Below are positions 31,325 to 45,587 of a DNA stretch of 64,000 bases, piece by piece. Position 1 is the first letter of the stretch. The number at the start of each line of letters is the position of its first letter. The stretch lies in contig OZ024742.1 in assembly GCA_964016885.1 (NCBI GenBank), positions 329,096,001 through 329,160,000 on the forward strand, given 5' to 3'. The notes below the pieces were generated by a model. The model was given only the letters and a program-made list of their open reading frames with translations. It was not told where the DNA came from and ran no database searches. Source of the DNA: Eledone cirrhosa (taxonomy: Eukaryota). The translations under genes and the position numbers were made by a program.

Positions 31325-31821
31325 AAATGGAATAGAATGAAACGATATTTCATTTCTCACTCTTAGTCGGCACTTACTTAAATGTAAGTATGTATACAGA
31401 CGTACAGTAGTATGTATATATATATACATACATGCACACACATATATATATATATACACACGTATCGGTTTACCGAACATTTATTATAATGGTCGGTTTG
31501 TTTGTTTGTAAACAAACAAACAGCCCGAATTACGCCGTACAGTGTTTAGGCAACCACGTCACCTTTTTGTTCAACACTGACACAGGAACGGTGTACTAGT
31601 TTCAAGCTTATTAGCTATCGTCAGCATCGTATACCTTCCTGCCAGATGGTTGAACGTCTGAAAGTATATACTTTTCTGATGCATATTAACGGCTGAGCAG
31701 CCTAATTTGCATATCGAGTGAGTTTAGTCGGCCGGGCACACCGAAAACGATAAATGGAAAAGAATGAAAGGAAATTTCATTTCTCACTCTTAATACGGCA
31801 CTTACTTAAATGTAAGTATGT
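31325..31821 (-). mobile_element. Family A retrozyme-like repeat, ~1.15 units
   Basis: The unit start aaatggaa recurs at 31325 and 31752 (period 427). Confidence 0.8.
31588..31630 (-). ncRNA. Minimal type I hammerhead (family A)
   Basis: ACGATG CTGACGA TAGCTAATAAGCTT GAAA CTAG TA^CACCGT; intact core with one stem I mismatch. Confidence 0.85.
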
Positions 31822-32046
31822 CTTTAGATAAAAATAACAGGTCCATTCAAGCTGACATAATAGTGGAAATAGAGAATCTAGCGGAAGCTCGGTAATTTCA
31901 GCTAGCTAACTCTTCAGAGTTTACTAGTTGAAACCACTAAACTCGTGCTAGACTCTTTACTTCCACTAATATACCAACTATACATCTTACCATATATCTC
32001 GTACTTCTTTGACGTGGTATTCCTGGCCCATGTAGAGCAGACTATT

Positions 32047-32173
<127 letters not shown>

Positions 32174-32478
32174 ATGCGTATGCGTGTGCTTGTGTGAACG
32201 TATTGTATATATATATATATATTACAAAGAGGGTGTACGTGCGTTTTTGATGAGATTTAATATTGCGAAACACCTGGTCCGTATAAAATATATTTAGGTG
32301 CGTTAAGACAGATAGGAATTTTTAACAAAGGCAACTGTTTGGCCAGATCACATTATCAGCCGTTGAAGACGCTCTAATGGGAGAGAGGGAAGTTCAGAGA
32401 AGGACAGAGACATGTTTTCACTTCATGAGAACCTTTTAAACACACACACACATACACACACACAACGCTTACACACAG

Positions 32479-32584
<106 letters not shown>

Positions 32585-34874
32585 ATTTGTATATATATAT
32601 TTATCTATATGCATCCATACTCATACATGTACACATTGTATGGTGTTAAAGGTGTTGCTATTGTCAGTGTTAATTGTTTTAGTGGTGGTTGTGGTGGTTG
32701 TGATTAGAGTGGTTCAGGCGTGGTGTTATTATTGGTGTTGTCAACGGTGTTGGCATTCGTTAGTAAGCTGATAGCAGTGGTGGTGGCATAAGTGGTATTT
32801 AATTAGGAATCAAGGGTTGTGGTTGTGTTGGGTTTTGTAAAGTTTGTTATGATGTTTCCAATGGTGTTAGCGTTGACGATAATGACAATGATGGTAGCTA
32901 GGATGATGACTCTTTGTGGTTGGGTAAAATACTGTAATTAATAAATATATAGATAATAAACAAAGCCACAAGGACGTGGTCCTAACGTGGAAGAGCCGAA
33001 CTCCCACTGTCATGGCCTCCATCTATCTCACCCTCCTTCTCTCTCTGTACGGTGAGCAAATGGGGTCCACGTGCTGGCCTCCCCACAACCCCGACGGACA
33101 GAATGGAGAAGGCGTCTCCCCAGATGATGGAGTGTGGTTGGGTTAAAGTTGCTGGGAGTGGGAGTAGGAGAAATATCTGCAGTAACTGTAGCAAGAAATA
33201 GATGTTGTGGTAGTAGTAGTACTAGTATTGTAGAGGTGGTGGTATGTGTGTGGAGGGGAGGGGGGTTGAAACTTGCTTTGCTAGCGTCGGTGATGATGAT
33301 TGGTGGCGGTGGTAGTCGCGGTGTTTTTGGTAGTCATGGTGGGAGTGATGCTCATTGTGATAATGGTGATTTTGATTGATGGCGGAGGTGGTGAAAATAT
33401 GAGGGGATCATGATATTTAGTGTGGTGATGGGTAGGATACAGTGTGATAGTGTTGAAAAAAACTGGTAGTGGGGGAGTTGAGATATTGTTTAGGAAAAGG
33501 CATGACAGTGGATTTGGTTGTGCTTGCAGGGAAGGAGGTGATGGGTATTCGTAGGAGGCGAGTCGCCTCCAAGGTAACTAAGTGCAATCTAACATGAATA
33601 ATGGCGATGATAGAACACATGACACAATTTCCCTCAAGAAAAGGTTGCTAGAAAAACAGCAACGCCGACAGTCGCAGCATCTGTAGCAGTAACAGTATCA
33701 ACAGTAACATCATCAACAACATGGAGAGGGTCTGCAGCAACAGCAGCTACACCAGCAACAAACATGATTTAAAAAAAAACTATAACAATAACAACATTAT
33801 TCAACTTCCTTATATTCACCAACTTGCTAAATTTTAAGTTGAACTTGTATTTGGAAGAACTGGGCGCATAATTGTGGAAAGAGGGTGCATATTATAGGAC
33901 TAGCCTAATGCGCCAAATATCCACGTACCATCACGGGTTAACAACCGTCAAATGTAAAGATATAATTTTGATTTTACGACCGTCTTAGAATTATATTCCT
34001 CAGCAATATTTATCTCATCGAAATTCCCGAATTAGCAGAGAGATTAAAACGTTGTATATAATGCTTTGTGGTATTCCTTTCGGGTCTGAGTTCAAATCGA
34101 AACCATCTCAATTTTGCTTTTCATAATTTTGTGATCGATAAATAAAGCATCTGTCCAGTAGAGTAGTAGAGTCTGTTTCCCTCCACACCCCTCTGTATTT
34201 TAAAGAATCTGGTTATTTCGACCTTGCGAAAGGATTGTTTCTGCCAGGCTAAAATCGCCGAAGAAAGCGCCCCTACGACTCCATCAGTAGTTCACGGCCT
34301 ATGAATGGATGGAATATTTCAGACCCAGCGGTAAAAGCTTGGAATGTCTGAATGCATTATACAATTTCAGAAACAGTGTAGGTTAGGTTTAATCAAGTAT
34401 ATCAAGTGGTTGTTGTAAATAGTGTTTAGAATATTTCAGTCTACAGAATGAAATGTATAACATAAACCCGTATAGTTTTATAGATCTAAGGTCTTAAATA
34501 TTGATGACCCCCAGATGGATATGAATGTTCACAAAAAGTCAAACATTTCATGTGTTTATTGCTCTACTAGGTTGGTTAAACAAATATTTATCGTTTCAAT
34601 TCATAAATATCTTACTTGCACACGACGTTTATCACAATATTTCTTTGATAATAGTTTTCCGTCAGGCGAAACGTTAGAAATATGAAAATCACAAGAGTTC
34701 TATATTTAATCTGGCTATATAAACCATGAACATAACCAGCACAAGGGGAATCTTAACAATAAAAAAAACATTCACCGCTTTTATGGTCTGCATTTCTCAA
34801 TAAAGATATCTTAGAAAAACTCCTGTCATATATATGCTATACATAAGTATATGCGTGTGTGCGCGGTTTTGTAC

Positions 34875-34916
<42 letters not shown>

Positions 34917-35230
34917 GCATATATATATGAATATATATACACATATATATATATATACACATATATATATATATATACACACATATATATATACACACAC
35001 ACACACATATATATATATACACATACACACATATATATATATACACACATATATATATACACACACACACACATATATATATATACACACACACACATAT
35101 ATATATACACACACACACACACATATATACACACACACACATATATATATACACACACACACATATATATATATACATATATATGTGTGTATGAGTACAT
35201 ATATACATATATATATATATGTGTGTATGA

Positions 35231-35267
<37 letters not shown>

Positions 35268-35490
35268 GAGGTATCCACTGTAAGATGTGGGGTCCATTCT
35301 GTATGAAGAACTCGATGTAATTCATATGTTGAAAATGTTATAGGTTAATATAAATCTCAGAAAACAATAAAACATTAAAAGGAAAACAGTCATGATATAA
35401 GTTAAAACAATGAAATAAAAAATCCAGTCATTAGAGATATACATTACTGCTTTACGATCGTTTCTAGATGGTGATAATACATTGTATCTA
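35268..35490 (-). mobile_element. PLE-type 3' terminus related to 58715-58937
   Basis: Shares CTAGAAACGATCGT and acat(c/t)gagttcttcatac..tggac with the 58.7-58.9 kb terminus; ends in a microsatellite. Confidence 0.6.
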
Positions 35491-36243
35491 TACTCAGTTA
35501 TTGATCTATGTAAGATTACAAACTATCAGATAGAGAGAATATTTACTTACGTGCTTATCAGCAGCTGAGAACATATATATATATATATATGAATACACGC
35601 TCACACACATGCGTAAACGCCCCCCCCCCTATAAAAAATGTTTGCGTACGTAAACACATACATATGTGCATAGGCATGGAGTCCTCTAAATAGGCATAGA
35701 TATTTGTGAGTGTATATGTTTCTGCATTCGTGTAGAATCCGTTCAACTTAGATGCTATAGGCATTTAAAAAAATATGTGTGTGTATATATATATATTTAT
35801 ATATATATGTATGTAAGTATATATGTATGTATTTTTGTATGCATGTATGTATCTATCTATGTATGTATGTATGTCTTTCATATTGTGTACGAAAATGTGT
35901 GCTAGATGTGTAAGGCGTAGAATCGATGGAATATGTATCATGTAGGTTGACGTTTTTCTAAACACAGAAATACTTGTAAATACATAACTTATTTATAATT
36001 AAACATAAAGTCATGCTTTACATAGATTTATGCTTTGAAACAAGTGTATTTCTGCCTCTTATCTAATTAACCCTACACGCATATACTCAAATATAATATT
36101 CTTCATTTGTAAGTCAATAAAATTGACTATAATATATCCCTACTTGATGTACAAGATATATGAAGGCACAACAATTCCAAAGCAGACGGTATAATTTGGT
36201 CCTCTTAAAATCATCTGAAGTTACATTCAGTTCATGCGAACGA

Positions 36244-36321
<78 letters not shown>

Positions 36322-36883
36322 ACGGCGATGAATTTGCTTTGCGAGGTTTTTGATATGAAATCGTGAGTCGAAACAAATATTGTTGTACTTGGAGAGGGTC
36401 ATATTGTTGTAATAATATTACCAGACATAATAAGAGACACACTCACTGTTTGGTTGGTTTTCGCTTCTGTATCTTTCATATCTCCACAGTTAATTCATTC
36501 GGTCTTCAATGTTAACCATTGACTGGCCAACGGTAAAAAATACCGATATAATATAGATATAAACACATATATATAGTCTAACAATGTTCTTTTATATATA
36601 TATAAATTAAAAGAGTCAGGATTCCGACAGCTGAGCTCCCGCCGTTTCGTCGGTGTCCTGACTCTTTTCCTATTACCCACTCTACTAACCTAAGTATCGA
36701 GTAATCTGGTGCGTTATGCTCCACCTGGTATCTTCCACACCTTCTTTGTTATATATATATATATACACTTCTTTGAGTAAACAATATCACGCTTCGGGTC
36801 TGAGCATATCAACGAATTAACAAGGTAAACTCTGTTCTACGACTATGTTTCCCTGTTTTTTTTTCTGTTCAAGTTCTAACTGC

Positions 36884-36937
36884 CTGATGAGATCATAGCT
36901 GTTGTATAATGGTTATCAATGAAATATATATTGAAGC
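36884..36937 (+). ncRNA. Degenerate hammerhead-like motif
   Basis: CTGATGA..ATAGCTGTT gtat AATGGTTAT..GAAA TATATA TT; stem I pairs poorly. Confidence 0.45.
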
Positions 36938-37310
36938 GAATATGTATAAACGAAGTTAATTTTAACCTGTTTACTTGCATTTCTTTTTTAAATTACTCCG
37001 GAGAAAAGAGACACACATGCGCACTTTGTTGAGTGCACTAACGTGCATTCTGAAGTGTCGGTAAGCAACCAACACATACTCAAATGTATACATATATAAA
37101 TGCCAACTCTGTCAACATGTGTCTGAACGTACCTATATACCGTCATGTGAGATGCTGCATGCATTAACCGTATACCCCCATATGTACTTTTTTCGTACCT
37201 TGCACCTATTTACTCAAGTAACATTTCGATGTACAGCACCAGGTTCTTGCTGCATGCACCCTTCAGATATTTTTATACAGTTTATATTTCTTATATATTT
37301 TATATATATA

Positions 37311-37460
37311 CTAGCAGAATGGCCCGGCGTTGCTCGAGATTTGTTCTAGTGTTCTTATATATTTGATATATATTTTTCACCCTTAACAGCATCTTCTGAA
37401 ACTAAAACAATCAATCTGTGGACGCAGAAGTAAATATTTCGAAAAATGTTACACACTATA
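37311..37460 (-). mobile_element. Helitron-like 3' terminus
   Basis: The minus strand reads ctcgagcaacgccgggccattctgCTAG: a GC-rich subterminal hairpin followed by CTAG. Confidence 0.5.
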
Positions 37461-37490
37461 TACATATATATATATATATACAATATATAT

Positions 37491-37674
37491 AAACAATGTT
37501 TCCGTTGGTCTTACCTGTTGCTAGTACTATCTATCGGTCGCAACTCCAGAGAGAAGGAGCAAAGTGAAATAAAGTGTCTTGCTCAAGGACATAACGCATC
37601 GCCCGATCCAGGAATCGAACGCACAACCTCAAGATTGTGAATCCAATTCTCTAACCACTTAGCCAAACGTATTC

Positions 37675-37756
<82 letters not shown>

Positions 37757-37900
37757 TGTGTGTATGAGTGTGTGTTTGTGTATATATATATACACACACA
37801 CACACATAGTGAAGACGTTTGGCTAAGTGGTTTGAGAATTGGATTCACAATCTTGAGGTTGTGAGTTCGATTCCTGGACCTGGCGATGCGTTATGACCTT
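37491..37900. mobile_element. Two SINE family 2 copies head-to-head around (TG)n
   Basis: 37491-37677 (-) and 37808-37900 (+). Confidence 0.8.
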
Positions 37901-38645
37901 AATTAAAAAATATTAAATTGCAAAATGATATTATGAAAAATAAATTATTAGAAAATTAAAGGTTAAGGTAGCGCTCCCGGGGCCTAAGGTAGCTACGTTC
38001 CTAGAGTACTCGGAAAAATTAATTTCCAATTCTTTCGCTGGACGATACCACTCGAGACTGGCTGACTCTTGGTAGGGGGGTGCTGGCTGGGACTCGCAAT
38101 CGAAATCTTTACTTTATATCCCATCCTAATAATTTATCGAGATACATTTTTTCATATAAGACTGTCTCTGTAAGTTCATTAAATAAATCTCGCTACCTTA
38201 ACCTCTAATTTTTTAATAATTAATTTTTTATTTTATCATTTTGCAAATTAATATTTTTAATTTAATTTAATTTCATCCTATAACTCGCAACATAAGTTTA
38301 ACGTTCCAATCTTCGGTTCACACATTATACCATACATACACCCATTATAGATTCTTTGGAGTAGCATTTTTTCGCGGCATTTTCTTACATGAATGTACTG
38401 TGACCCTTACGCTGACTTCTTTCTTTCTTCCTTTTTCTTCTTTTTTCCTTTCTTTCTTCCCCTTTTTCTTTGACGGTGAGGTGGTAGTGCATTATAAGCC
38501 TTCGCCCCCTCACCAGACGGTCATTAGTAGATTCACTTGCCACCACTTTGAGGGCGACTGGCCGTGGTAAAGGCAGCTAGTTGGTCAGTCGTCCTCTTTG
38601 TCTCTGTCTCTGATTTTTCGGAGCCATGTTCCTTTGTTATATTCC

Positions 38646-38705
38646 AATACCTGATGATATCACCGGATTCATATGGAACCCGGTCATTGAAATGATCATA
38701 CTATA
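38646..38705 (+). ncRNA. Hammerhead-like motif
   Basis: CTGATGA..ACCGG..CCGGT..GAAA TGATCA TA with palindromic stem III; stem I is imperfect. Confidence 0.55.
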
Positions 38706-38775
38706 ATAAACCTTTCAATGATTTACACCAGTCCAGCCTCCTGTTATTTTATTTTATATATATATATATATATAC

Positions 38776-38918
<143 letters not shown>

Positions 38919-39155
38919 GTATATATATATATGTATATATATATATATAGTATTAAGGATACTATTTATGCTTATGTATATAATAAAACCTTTAATGGTT
39001 ATATATTTTTTATACAAACCCCAAATAGTGAAAGATAGTCATTTATTACTATCTTATTACCAGTAAGATAAATAGCTCAATGTAATAACATCAGTTGTTT
39101 TACAGAGCAGTTATATAGAGATTACAATAATCAAAGTTCAGTTTAAATCATTTAT

Positions 39156-39204
39156 TTGCTTACAATTGTTTCCTCCAAACCGAGATTTGGAATCTTCGGA
39201 GCAA
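39156..39204 (-). ncRNA. Hammerhead variant with CCGAAGA core
   Basis: TTGCT CCGAAGA TTCCAAA tctcgg TTTGGAG GAAA CAATTG TA^AGCAA. Inverted copy at 39809-39856 (+); inverted-repeat arms 39121-39337 / 39664-39891. Confidence 0.7.
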
Positions 39205-39330
39205 CTATTTAGTGATCTATAACATACTTGACCTCCTTTTCAACACAAGAGACATATAAAAACATATGCATATATTGACACACAGTGGGATGGCATCCAT
39301 CAAAATGATATAGCATATAAAGGTTAAAAG

Positions 39331-39397
39331 ATAAAAATAAAAATAAAAATAAAAATAAAAATAAAAATAAAAATAAAAATAAAAATAAAAATAAAAA
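39331..39397 (+). repeat. (ATAAAA)n hexamer array
   Basis: About 11 units. Confidence 0.9.
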
Positions 39398-39899
39398 TGA
39401 AACATTGGCAGTTTATGTAGATAAAGCGAGAGGAAAGTTTAGAGTAGTCAGTGTATGAAACAATCTCACGTGTAGCATGCACGCGTGTCTTATTTATACA
39501 GGATTAGAGTGCGGCAGATTGTTAGTTGCAGGATCAGGCAGTTGAAGCAGGCAATCGATAGTATTATGTGGGCTGAATTGTTAAATCATTTTTTCGCATA
39601 CACCTGTATGGTTTACAATCCCGAATGTAGAGAAACACCAAATTATCAAAAATATCAAACATATTTTTATCCTTTAACATTTATATGTAAATTTCCATGC
39701 TATATCATTTTGCTGGATGTCATCCCACTGTGGGTCAATATATGCATATGTTTTTATATGTCTCGTGTGTTGAAAAGAAGGTCAAGTATGTTATAGATCA
39801 CTAAAAAGTTGCTCCGAAAATCCATACCTCAGTTTGGAGGAAACAATTGTAAGCAAATAAATGATTTAAACTGAACCTTGATTATTGTAATATATATGT

Positions 39900-39945
<46 letters not shown>

Positions 39946-39987
39946 TTTATATATATATCTATCTAAATATTTATATATATATCTATC

Positions 39988-40020
<33 letters not shown>

Positions 40021-40057
40021 CTATATATATATAAATATTTATATATATATATCTATC

Positions 40058-40090
<33 letters not shown>

Positions 40091-40101
40091 CTATATATAT
40101 A

Positions 40102-40174
<73 letters not shown>

Positions 40175-40175
40175 C

Positions 40176-40760
<585 letters not shown>

Positions 40761-40792
40761 AGATCAAAAGATGGTTAAAGGAGTTCCATGTA

Positions 40793-40859
40793 TTTTATTA
40801 TGCGCATTTCAAAAACAAACATCATCATGCAATAATATTTGTGTTTTCATCAGATAAAA
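40793..40859 (-). ncRNA. Type I hammerhead ribozyme (inverted copy, foldback 40754-41066)
   Basis: Reverse complement of 40961-41027 with the core intact. Confidence 0.85.
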
Positions 40860-40960
40860 CAGGAGAACATGATATGAAGGCTAAAGAACACTTGTGGATA
40901 GTGCAGTTTTAAATCAACATATCCACAAGTGTTGTTTAGCCTTCACATCATGTTCTCCTG

Positions 40961-41027
40961 TTTTATCTGATGAAAACACAAATATTATTGCATGATGATG
41001 TCTGTTTTTGAAATGCGCATAATAAAA
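40961..41027 (+). ncRNA. Type I hammerhead ribozyme
   Basis: TTTTAT CTGATGA AAACA..TGTTTtt GAAA TGCGCA TA^ATAAAA. Confidence 0.85.
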
Positions 41028-41151
41028 TACATGGAACTCCTTTAACCATCTTTTGATCTCATATTATGTATACTCCAGTCCTACAAACTGTAGAGTGCTT
41101 CTTATCCGATATCTGCATTGCTTTATTGTACTACAATAAAACTCACCTCCT

Positions 41152-41510
<359 letters not shown>

Positions 41511-41527
41511 ATACATATATATATATA

Positions 41528-42660
41528 GTGAAAAATTGAACGGGAACAAAACAGAGAGGCAGTACGAACAAAGGTTTATTAGTTTCACGCTCTTGAGAGT
41601 GGGGTGGCGGTGGGGAACGACGTTTCGGGCATAAGCCCTTCTTCAGGTGAAAAGTGTGGGGGAAGAGAGTTCCAAGGGTGTGTAGGGGAGTGGTGGAGAG
41701 ACATATAGCAAAAAGGGGGTGAGAGGAAACGGTACAAATGAAATTAAAAATAAAGGCATGATCAAAATAAAATTAAAATGGAGTAAAACAGGTGGTGGAC
41801 GGGTGTGGGTGTGTAGGGGTGGTGGCGGGTGGAGTGGGGAGAGGGAGACGGGGTGTCCGAGCAGGGAGGGCTGAAGGTGGTATGTGTGGTATGTGTGTGT
41901 GTAGGTGTACGTGTGTGTGTGTATGTATGTGAAAGCAAGGATTGGGCGAAGAACGGGGTTGCATGTTCAGTAAGAGGTGTAGTTGGGGTGGGGTGTAGGT
42001 CGGAGTGTGTGTGCGTGTGAGGATAGAGGGGGGGGGGATTCCGGAGGCTGAATGTGTAAATATGTGGTGGTACGCACGTATGTGTGTGGTGTTTATGCGT
42101 GTTGTGGATGTAGGTGGCGTGTGGGGAAAAACATTTTTTGGGGGTGTATGTCCGGGGGTGGGTCGTAAAGGTAATTCCGTAAAAGGATGTGGTGGAATGC
42201 TGAGTAAAATCCTTGCGATGCGGTAGATTCTCGGGATCAAGGTTCACATATGTGTAATCCGTGAAGAGATTGGTCGGAAGAGTGGAGTTGCGGGGTGCGC
42301 GCGCAACAGGATGTGGTCAGATGGTGAAGGCAGGAGGAGGGTTGTGTGTCTGTGTGTGCGGGGAGGTGGTCAGAGAGACATAGCAGCAGTAGGGTAGAAT
42401 GGTAAGTGAAGAAAGTCGGTGTGTCAGTGTGTGCGGAGATGCGGTGGACAGGGGAGAGGATGGGTAGGTGTGAAAGTTGGAGTAAGGAGGGGGTGTGTGT
42501 ATATTAGTAGAGGTATTAGTGGGATGTGTGTGTGTTTGAAAAAGGGTGTGGGTGGTGCGGGGAGAGAAGGGTGTGGGGTCGATGGAGGGAGTGTAGTGTA
42601 CTGGTGTGTGTGTGCGTGTTTGGATGAGTGTGTGTGTGGGGAAGGGGGTGTTAGTGGTTG
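41528..42660 (-). mobile_element. PLE-type CA-rich 3' region with an HHR-like core at 41616-41646
   Basis: CTGAAGA aGGGC ttat GCCC GAAA CGTCG TT, followed by AATAAA and (TA)n; stem I is not evident. Confidence 0.55.
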
Positions 42661-42699
42661 TTATATATATATATATGTATATATATATATACACACTAT

Positions 42700-43008
42700 A
42701 TATACATACACACGCACCGCGTCATAAATTTGTCATGCAGACAGCACGAGATACAGACAGATATTATAAGGGCGCAACGTTATATCTATGTATCTATCTA
42801 AAGAGAAAGACTAAGAATTATAGAGAGAGATCGCTAAATCGTCGAATGCGGCCTCTAGGGCATTGAGAATTTGAAATATTTTTGACTCAGAACACTAACA
42901 GGACCAAAGTATTACATGTGTAAAGTTTGAAAAGAATCGAATGGGTGGTTCTCGAGTTTTAGGGAGCTGACAGATAGAGAGATATTCGCTGTTTTAGACA
43001 TATAGATA
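42700..43008 (-). mobile_element. Non-autonomous Helitron-like 5' portion
   Basis: aagtttgaaaagaatcgaatgggtggttctcgag..gacagatagagaga..tatagat resembles the 5' ends (aTC start on the minus strand) of non-autonomous Helitrons; recognised from memory. Confidence 0.4.
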
Positions 43009-43428
43009 TATATATATTTTTTAAATATATTTTTGTTATATCTTTTTATATTTTGTATATTTTTCTAATATTTCTATATTTTTATACAGTTTATTCTCAC
43101 ATATGGGCATACGTGTGTGCGCGTACGTCAGTCTGGGTGTGAGTGCATATATGCGTGTGTGCGTGGGTATATATGTATAGGTGGATGTATGTGTGTGTAA
43201 AAATACACGCACGTATGTATGTATGTATATGTATATTCTTATGTATGTGTATGAATCCGCACACATGTGTACACATATGTGAATGTGTATGAATGTGCAT
43301 ATGTGTTTGTATATATGTGTGTGTATATGGGTATGTATGTGCTTATATGTGTATATAAATATGTGTATGTGTGTAAGAGTAGGCTCATATGAGTACATAT
43401 GTAAGCACGTGTGCGTATCCTTGGGGCG

Positions 43429-43504
<76 letters not shown>

Positions 43505-44099
43505 CATGTATGTACACACGTGCAGGGGAAAAATATGTGTGTGTATGTGTATGTATGTATACAGGTGGGTGTGTGTATATATATATGCATATATACATGT
43601 GTGTGTGTGTGTGTGACTCTTTGTGTGTGACTCTTTGTGTGTGCATGTATGTGTATATTTGTGTGACTGTGTATGTGTGTGTATATATAAATATGTGTAT
43701 ATATTTGTTTCGGTACATGTGTAAATGCAAGCACACAAGCTATTCTGTCTGTGTCTGTCCGTGTCTCTGTGTGTGTGTGCTTGTGTGTGTGTGAGTATTG
43801 GTACACACAGCAGTAATTTCAAGGTTGGTACTGGGGGTGAGTGACAGCTGACGCCTAGATGGTCAGTGGGCTGCTCCCAGTGGTCAGAACTATGATGACG
43901 TAACAAACCAGTGACCAATCCAATGACGCGCAAACATGATGAAAGCGGATGATGTTGACTCGTAAGGGCGGAACATTAGAGAATGATAATTTGCTCCGAA
44001 ACCAATAGACGCGTCTGAGGAACCTGCGAATTTCAGAGTCAGGTTCGATCCCCAAACAGATCGCAAAATCCTATTGTGTTAAAATTAATTACGGGCAGA

Positions 44100-44166
<67 letters not shown>

Positions 44167-44302
44167 CTGCCCGTAATATATATATATATATATATATATG
44201 AGTGTGTGTGTGTGTGTGTGTGTCTGATGTTAGCTAAGATGCTTCCATAGGCGGTGTGCCGCTTGAGCACGCTATGCTCTTACAAAGCAGAATATGATAT
44301 AA

Positions 44303-44567
44303 TATAAAAAGAAAAATCAGTGATGCATCTGAACTCAATGTATTGTATGTTACAATTGTTTCGCCGGCGGACAGTAAGAGGCGCGATCATTGTGAGGATC
44401 TGTCTGATTCTGGATCTGCAGGTTCAACGGACACGTCTAATGATTTTGGAGCAAATGAAAGAATTTGCTCCGAAATCATTAGAGGTGTCTCGAGCTGTCT
44501 GCCGGCGACACAATTGTAACACACAATAAATTGAGTTCAGATGCATCACTGATTTTTCGTTTTATAT
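44303..44567. repeat. Foldback carrying an HHR 3' half (GAAA CAATTG TA) and a nested hairpin
   Basis: Outer arms ~70 bp; inner hairpin tctaatgattttggagcaaat / atttgctccgaaatcattaga. A diverged copy of the internal part lies at ~43989-44064. Confidence 0.75.
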
Positions 44568-44767
44568 ATATAAAATGACATGAGCCCAAATAGCAATAAA
44601 TCTGTGAATATGGGAGGGGAATATATCCAATAATATCATAATTAACAGATATTAACAGTATTTCCCTCAACGCGCAGCCAGGAACATTTCAGCACCCACT
44701 TGTAGATACATAATGACAAGTTCTCTCTTCAGTTGATTCACCAAACTCCAAGGTATATATATATATA

Positions 44768-45196
<429 letters not shown>

Positions 45197-45530
45197 TAAA
45201 TATAAAAGAGGTTGGGCGGAATCGTTCCTGGCATGATCACTGCTACAGAAGCCTGGATGCATGCCCGCCCTTCAGGGTTCTTTTTACAGGACTTAGAAAA
45301 ACAAGTTGTCCGCTACAAAAAGTATGTGAATCTGATAGGGGAATACGTTCAATAATACTATAATTAACTGACACACCTGTATATTATTTCCTCCCAATCC
45401 AGGAAATGATAAGGGCTCCACCGTATAAAAAACATACTCACACACATCCACTCCCACAAACACACGCACATATATACACTTATAATATATATGTGTTCAA
45501 TTGCCTCCTGGGATTTTTTTCTTCATTTTC

Positions 45531-45587
<57 letters not shown>

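Noticed and set aside
31855-31975. HHR in a diverged foldback (CTGAAGA..GAAA on the minus strand)
   Set aside because: Stems I and III are too degenerate to call; probably an old member of the same class. The same applies to ~50225-50280.
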